Positions 58,982 through 64,000 of a stretch of DNA of 64,000 bases are shown piece after piece. Source of the DNA: an uncultured Flavobacteriaceae bacterium. Its GTDB lineage: Bacteria; Bacteroidota; Bacteroidia; Flavobacteriales; Weeksellaceae. Made by a program: the position numbers and the translations under genes. The stretch covers positions 35,237-99,236 of the forward strand of contig CAUQBH010000002.1 of assembly GCA_963516675.1 (NCBI GenBank), written 5' to 3'. A model generated the notes under the pieces. That model did not search any database and had not been told where the DNA came from. It saw nothing but the letters and a program-made list of their open reading frames with translations. How positions within the stretch are numbered: the first letter of the stretch is position 1; every line of letters begins with the position of its first letter.

Positions 58982-60331
58982 ATGACAAATACAAGTCCGA
59001 AAACAGTAGCATTTCATACACTCGGGTGTAAACTTAATTTTGCAGAAACATCTACTATTGCGCGTCAGCTTATAGGGGCGGGATATGAGAAAGTGGAGTT
59101 CGATGACCCTGCACAAGTCTATGTAATCAATACATGCTCGGTAACGGATAATGCCGATAAAGAGTGCAAGTTTCATGTGAAACGAGCAGTGAAGGCCAAT
59201 CCTGATGGATTGGTGGTGGTTTTGGGATGCTATGCACAGCTGAAACCAGAGGAAATTTCTGCTATAGAAGGTGTGGATTTAGTCTTAGGAGCGAAGGAGA
59301 AATTTAATTTGCTTAATTTCCTTGATGATTTAAGGAAGTCCGAAAGCTCTGCGCAGGTTCACTCTTGTGAAATAGAAGATGCAGATTTCTTTATAGGTTC
59401 TTATTCTATTGGAGACAGGACTCGTGCCTTTCTGAAAGTTCAGGATGGATGTGATTACAAATGTACCTATTGTACAATTCCTATGGCGAGAGGGATTTCT
59501 CGCTCTGATACGATAGAAAATATTGTCAAAAATGCCCAGCAGATCGCCCAGCAGGATATTAAGGAAATAGTCCTCACGGGAGTGAATATTGGTGATTATG
59601 GAAAGGGCGAATTTGGGAATAAAAAACATGAACATACATTTTTGGATTTAGTGACAGCACTAAATGAAGTGGATGGCATCGAACGAATCCGAATTTCTTC
59701 CATAGAGCCTAATTTGTTGAAAGATGAAACCATAGAACTTGTGGCAAAGAGCAAGAGTTTTGTGCCGCATTTTCATATTCCGTTGCAGTCGGGCTCAGAT
59801 GAGATTTTGAAAAAAATGAAACGCCGCTATCTCACGGCTCTCTATACCAGCCGAGTGAATAAGATAAGGGAAATCCTGCCTGATGCAGCTATCGGTGTGG
59901 ATGTAATCGTAGGTTTCCCAGGTGAGACTGAGGAGAAGTTCTTGGAAACTTATAACTTTTTAGCGGAGTTGCCAATCAGCTACTTACATGTATTTACATA
60001 TTCTGAAAGGGACAATACGGAGGCGGTTAGCATGGAGGGTGTGGTTCCTATTTCGGAGAGAAAGAGAAGGAATAAAATGCTCAGAATTCTTTCTGAGAAG
60101 AAAAAAATGGCTTTCTACCAAACACAATTAGGCAAAGTTCTGCCTGTTCTTTGGGAGCATGAAGAGAAAAACGGAATGATGTTTGGCTTTACGGATAACT
60201 ATGTCAGAGTTCAAAAACCATATGACGAAAAGTCCGTGAATAAAGTAGAAAGAGTGAAATTAGAAAAAATTTCAAAGGAAGGGAATGTAGTGGTTTCTAG
60301 TTCTTTTGAGGAATTTTTAACAAAAGTTTAA
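58982..60331 (+). CDS. mtaB: Radical-SAM methylthiotransferase, MtaB-like (tRNA t6A37 methylthiotransferase)
   Basis: 449 aa with an N-terminal MTTase domain (VAFHTLGCKLN...VINTCSV), a radical-SAM CxxxCxxC (CDYKCTYC) and a C-terminal TRAM-like end. The subfamily call (MtaB rather than MiaB/RimO) rests on the N-terminal motif. Confidence 0.65.
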   Translation: MTNTSPKTVAFHTLGCKLNFAETSTIARQLIGAGYEKVEFDDPAQVYVINTCSVTDNADKECKFHVKRAVKANPDGLVVVLGCYAQLKPEEISAIEGVDLVLGAKEKFNLLNFLDDLRKSESSAQVHSCEIEDADFFIGSYSIGDRTRAFLKVQDGCDYKCTYCTIPMARGISRSDTIENIVKNAQQIAQQDIKEIVLTGVNIGDYGKGEFGNKKHEHTFLDLVTALNEVDGIERIRISSIEPNLLKDETIELVAKSKSFVPHFHIPLQSGSDEILKKMKRRYLTALYTSRVNKIREILPDAAIGVDVIVGFPGETEEKFLETYNFLAELPISYLHVFTYSERDNTEAVSMEGVVPISERKRRNKMLRILSEKKKMAFYQTQLGKVLPVLWEHEEKNGMMFGFTDNYVRVQKPYDEKSVNKVERVKLEKISKEGNVVVSSSFEEFLTKV

Positions 60332-60396
60332 CCTCTATTGTCATTACAAAGGAGGAAGTTTTTTTATTTTAGTGGATTGAATTTTCTTAAAATATT

Positions 60397-61110
60397 ATGT
60401 CACAAAAAAGCACATACGGCGACAATGTCATCTCTCTGAGAGATGTGAAAATAGTTCAGAAGAATTTTACAGTTCTTTCTAATGTTAATCTAACCATAAA
60501 AAAAGGTAAGTTTAATTATCTCATTGGGAAAACAGGTTCTGGAAAAAGTAGCCTTCTCAAGGTTCTTTATGGGCATCTTCCACTCCGCGAGGGAGAAGGA
60601 GAGGTGGTAGGTTTTGATTTGACAAAACTGAAAGTATCCCGCATTCCTGATTTGAGAAGAAAACTAGGAATTATTTTTCAGGATTTTCAGTTGCTTATGG
60701 ATAGAACGGTAGAAAAAAATCTTCTTTTCGTTTTAGAAGCCACAGGCTGGAAAGATAGAAGTCTAATGGAGGAGAGAATAGATGATGTTCTCAGCAGTGT
60801 AGGAATGAAAACCAAAAAACACAAAATGCCTCACGAATTGTCTGGTGGAGAGCAGCAGCGTGTAGCTATAGCAAGAGCTTTGCTGAATCACCCCGAGCTT
60901 ATCTTGGCGGACGAGCCTACGGGAAACCTAGACCCAGAGACTTCTAATGATATTATGACTTTGCTAAGACAAGTGTCTGAGGAGAGAAATTGTGCAGTGC
61001 TGATGGCGACACATGATTATCATTTGATACAGAATTTCCCAGGGCAGGCTATCCGTTGTGAAGATGGGACAGTATCTGTTTTGCAGGATACAAGTATACT
61101 TTTTGAATAA
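60397..61110 (+). CDS. ftsE: Cell-division ABC ATPase FtsE-like
   Basis: 237 aa with Walker A (GKTGSGKSS), signature LSGGEQQR, Walker B (ILADEPTGNLD) and an H-loop. No ftsX follows in this window. Confidence 0.7.
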   Translation: MSQKSTYGDNVISLRDVKIVQKNFTVLSNVNLTIKKGKFNYLIGKTGSGKSSLLKVLYGHLPLREGEGEVVGFDLTKLKVSRIPDLRRKLGIIFQDFQLLMDRTVEKNLLFVLEATGWKDRSLMEERIDDVLSSVGMKTKKHKMPHELSGGEQQRVAIARALLNHPELILADEPTGNLDPETSNDIMTLLRQVSEERNCAVLMATHDYHLIQNFPGQAIRCEDGTVSVLQDTSILFE

Positions 61111-61264
61111 AAACTTTAAATTCAACTTTCTTCAATAAAAATCAAATTTAATTAGTTAAATGGTGTTAAATTGTATAAAAATTTAGTTAAAATACAAATT
61201 TGATACAATATCATTAATAAATGCTCGTTCTTGATATTAGTAACCAATTAAATTTTTAAGTATC

Positions 61265-61531
61265 ATGAAAAAGTTAGTTTTTGCAAGTTTATTCCTTGCG
61301 TTAGGAACATTCGCAGTAAATGCACAGTCTACTCCATCAAAAAAGAAAGCAGAGCCTTCTAAGAAAGCGGCTAAACAATCGCCTAAAAAATCAGCTCAGC
61401 CTGGTGAAGCAGAACACGCTGTTCCTGCTGTTCCTGAAAATGTAAGTCATCCTTCAGTGGATAAAGAGCAACCAAAACAAAAGGAATCAGAGGATAAAAA
61501 GGAGGAACATCCTGTAAATCCACAGAAATAG
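61265..61531 (+). CDS. Small secreted K/P/E-rich hypothetical protein
   Basis: 88 aa with a signal peptide (MKKLVFASLFLALGTFAVNAQ) then a low-complexity region. Confidence 0.4.
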   Translation: MKKLVFASLFLALGTFAVNAQSTPSKKKAEPSKKAAKQSPKKSAQPGEAEHAVPAVPENVSHPSVDKEQPKQKESEDKKEEHPVNPQK

Positions 61532-61550
61532 ATTTTATTGTTTATCATAG

Positions 61551-61586
61551 ATAGCCACTTCTGAAAAAGAAGTGGCTATTTTTTAT
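61551..61586 (+). terminator. Rho-independent terminator (11-bp stem ATAGCCACTTC/GAAGTGGCTAT + TTTTTT) upstream of gltX
   Basis: Perfect 11-bp inverted repeat with a 7-nt loop. A TATCTTTG -7-like box for gltX follows at about 61596. Confidence 0.7.
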
Positions 61587-61623
61587 GGGTAAATTCTTAT
61601 CTTTGCGCCCAAAGTTTTAAAAG

Positions 61624-63138
61624 ATGAGTAAAATTCGCGTTCGTTTTGCACCGAGTCCTACGGGCCCTCTGCATCTTGGTGGAGTGAGAACAGTATTATA
61701 CAATTACCTTTTTGCTAAAAGCCAAGGAGGAGATTTTATTTTAAGAATAGAAGATACAGATACTGCCCGCTATGTGGATGGAGCAGAAGACTACATCATG
61801 GAGGCGCTGGACTGGCTGGGAATACAGCCTGTGGAAAGTCCTAAAAAAGGAGGGCCATATGCGCCGTACAGACAGTCTGAAAGGAGAGAAATCTATGATA
61901 GATATACTGAGCAGATTCTAAAAACAGATTATGCCTACTTGGCGTTTGATACTCCAGAAGAGCTTGATAAAATCAGATTAGAATACGAAGCCAAAGGAGA
62001 AGTTTTTTCTTATAATAATGTTACCAGAAACAGCCTGAAAAACAGCCTTGTACTTTCAAAAGATGAGGTAGAAAAACTTTTGGCTGAAAAAGTTCCTTTC
62101 GTGGTTCGGTTTAAAATGCCAGAAAACCGAGTGATGGAGCTTAGCGATATTATCCGTGGGAATTTCAGCGTAAATACGGATACTCTGGATGATAAGGTTT
62201 TGGTAAAACAAGATGGAATGCCGACTTATCATTTCGCAAATATCATCGATGACCACGAGATGCAGATTACCAATGTAATCCGTGGAGAGGAATGGCTACC
62301 ATCAATGGCTCTGCATGTATTGTTATACGAAGCCATGGGTTGGAAAGCGCCAGAATTTGCGCATTTGCCACTGATACTAAAACCAGAAGGAAAAGGAAAA
62401 CTCAGCAAAAGAGACGGCGATAAATTCGGGTTTCCTGTATTTCCATTGAATTTTACTGATAAAGAAACAGGAGCTGTATCCAAAGGATATCGTGAGGAAG
62501 GGTATTTCCCAGAAGCGTTTGTTAATTTCTTGGCACTTTTGGGCTGGTCGCCATCTGATAATAAAGAAATCTTGTCATTAGAAGAAATGGTTCAAGAATT
62601 TAATCTGCACAAAGTTCATAAATCTGGAGCAAGATTTAGCAAAGAAAAAGCAGAATGGTTTAACAGTCAATATCTTAAAATGAAAACAGATGATGAGCTG
62701 TTAGTTTTACTTAAAGAGATAGAAGCGGTGAAAAACTCTGGAGTCAGCGATGATAAGCTGATTACGATTATTGGGCTGATGAAAGAGAGAGCGGTTTTCG
62801 TGAAAGATATCTATGAGCAGGGACAGTTTTTCTTCTCTGCACCAGCAGATTATGATGAAAAAGCCATCAAAAAGGCGTGGGCAGATACCACAGGAGAACT
62901 TCTTGCAGAGTTTGCTCAGAAATTAGAAAAGGTGGATTTTCAATCAGAAATTCTCAAAAATCTTATTCATGATTTCGCTGCCGAAAAAGAATTAGGAATG
63001 GGTAAAGTGATGATGCCGCTGCGTTTGGCTTTGGTGGGAGAACTGAAAGGTCCAGATGTTCCTGATATCATGAATATTATAGGAAAAGAAAAAACTATAG
63101 AACGAATCGAGAAATTGATAGAAACTCAAAAAAAATAA
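61624..63138 (+). CDS. gltX: Glutamate--tRNA ligase
   Basis: 504 aa with HIGH-region PSPTGPLHLGGVRT and KMSKS-region KLSKRDG. Confidence 0.92.
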   Translation: MSKIRVRFAPSPTGPLHLGGVRTVLYNYLFAKSQGGDFILRIEDTDTARYVDGAEDYIMEALDWLGIQPVESPKKGGPYAPYRQSERREIYDRYTEQILKTDYAYLAFDTPEELDKIRLEYEAKGEVFSYNNVTRNSLKNSLVLSKDEVEKLLAEKVPFVVRFKMPENRVMELSDIIRGNFSVNTDTLDDKVLVKQDGMPTYHFANIIDDHEMQITNVIRGEEWLPSMALHVLLYEAMGWKAPEFAHLPLILKPEGKGKLSKRDGDKFGFPVFPLNFTDKETGAVSKGYREEGYFPEAFVNFLALLGWSPSDNKEILSLEEMVQEFNLHKVHKSGARFSKEKAEWFNSQYLKMKTDDELLVLLKEIEAVKNSGVSDDKLITIIGLMKERAVFVKDIYEQGQFFFSAPADYDEKAIKKAWADTTGELLAEFAQKLEKVDFQSEILKNLIHDFAAEKELGMGKVMMPLRLALVGELKGPDVPDIMNIIGKEKTIERIEKLIETQKK

Positions 63139-63204
63139 ATTCATATTTGATTTTTAAATTTATTAGTATTTTTGAAAACTCAAATATTATTCAAAATTAG
63201 AAAT

Positions 63205-64000
63205 ATGGAATACTTGGATTTTGAACAACCGATAAAAGAGTTGATGGAACAATATGAAAAATGCGCCATTGTAGGCGAAGAAAGTGGAGTGGATGTTTCA
63301 GCAACTTGCAAACAGATAGAAGAAAAAATCATCAAGACTAAAAAGAAAATCTATGGCAACCTTACGCCATGGCAGAGAGTACAGCTTTCCCGCCACCCAG
63401 ACAGACCCTATACATTGGACTATATCCACGGAATAGCGGATGAGGGCAGCGTTGTTGAGCTTCATGGCGATAGATGTTTCGCGGACGACCCAGCGATGAT
63501 AGGAGCGATGATAAAAATAAATGGTCAAAGCGTGATGGTTATCGGGACACAAAAGGGAAGAACTACGAAGGAAAGACAATACAGAAGATTCGGGATGTCT
63601 AATCCTGATGGATATCGTAAGGCGTTGAGATTGATGAAGTTGGCGGAGAAATTTAATATGCCTATCGTGACTTTGATAGACACTCCTGGTGCTTATCCAG
63701 GTCTTGAAGCAGAGGAAAGAGGGCAAGGTGAGGCTATTGCAAGAAATATTTTTGAGATGAGCCTTCTGAAAGTTCCTGTAATCGCTATTGTTATCGGTGA
63801 GGGAGCTAGTGGAGGAGCTCTGGGAATAGGTGTAGGGAACAAGGTCTACATGATGGAAAACACTTGGTATTCAGTGATTTCGCCAGAATCATGTTCTTCT
63901 ATTCTTTGGAGAAGCTGGGAGTACAAAGAAACTGCTGCCGATACACTGAAACTTACAGCGCAAGATATGCTGAAAGAAAAGTTGATAGATGGCATCATTA
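63205..64000 (+). CDS. accA: Acetyl-CoA carboxylase carboxyltransferase alpha subunit, 3'-truncated by the window end
   Basis: [13 protein letters not shown]...RPYTLDYI...[14 protein letters not shown]...[13 protein letters not shown]. It is not in the supplied ORF table because it runs off the window end. Confidence 0.88.
   Translation, partial: MEYLDFEQPIKELMEQYEKCAIVGEESGVDVSATCKQIEEKIIKTKKKIYGNLTPWQRVQLSRHPDRPYTLDYIHGIADEGSVVELHGDRCFADDPAMIGAMIKINGQSVMVIGTQKGRTTKERQYRRFGMSNPDGYRKALRLMKLAEKFNMPIVTLIDTPGAYPGLEAEERGQGEAIARNIFEMSLLKVPVIAIVIGEGASGGALGIGVGNKVYMMENTWYSVISPESCSSILWRSWEYKETAADTLKLTAQDMLKEKLIDGII

Overview
This window reads as a chromosomal core segment of a low-GC Bacteroidota genome, most likely Flavobacteriales. 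The order call rests on three things seen in the sequence: TAnnTTTG-type -7 promoter boxes, a Rho with a large K/E-rich insertion, and proteins ending in a C-terminal aromatic residue typical of outer-membrane proteins. Coding density is high, with about 55 protein genes, many coupled by 1-11 bp overlaps. Housekeeping genes dominate (rnr, rpiB, dsbD, rho, pgk, mnmG, ybeY, a murF-alr fusion, tdk, rsmI, fabG, rnhA, dnaB, clpC, acpP-fabF-rnc, pyk, aat, mtaB, ftsE, gltX, partial accA). There are four tRNA genes: Phe-GAA on the + strand and a Leu-TAA/Gly-GCC/Leu-TAG cluster on the - strand. I found no transposase, integrase, CRISPR array or rRNA. The points most worth a second look are listed below.
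- A LytS-like histidine kinase carries a fused C-terminal 2TM domain and sits next to a LytTR regulator and a TonB-dependent-receptor-like outer-membrane protein.
- A HerA-like DUF853 (YjgR) ATPase lies directly upstream of a DnaQ-type 3'-5' exonuclease that has a Cho/UvrC-like GIY-YIG tail.
- A 1.7-kb AT-rich stretch between rsmI and fabG holds a lipoprotein gene eroded by two consecutive +1 frameshifts and a second possibly split small gene.
- Two hairpins with identical 8-bp arms (AATGTTTC-N4-GAAACATT) sit exactly at the stop codons of ybeY and mnmG.
- murF and alr are fused into one 816-aa ORF that overlaps tdk and a patatin-Omp85 (type Vd-like) gene.
- A BrxA/BrxB-type bacilliredoxin is present in a Bacteroidota context.
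All calls come from reading the translations and the DNA directly. No database search was run.
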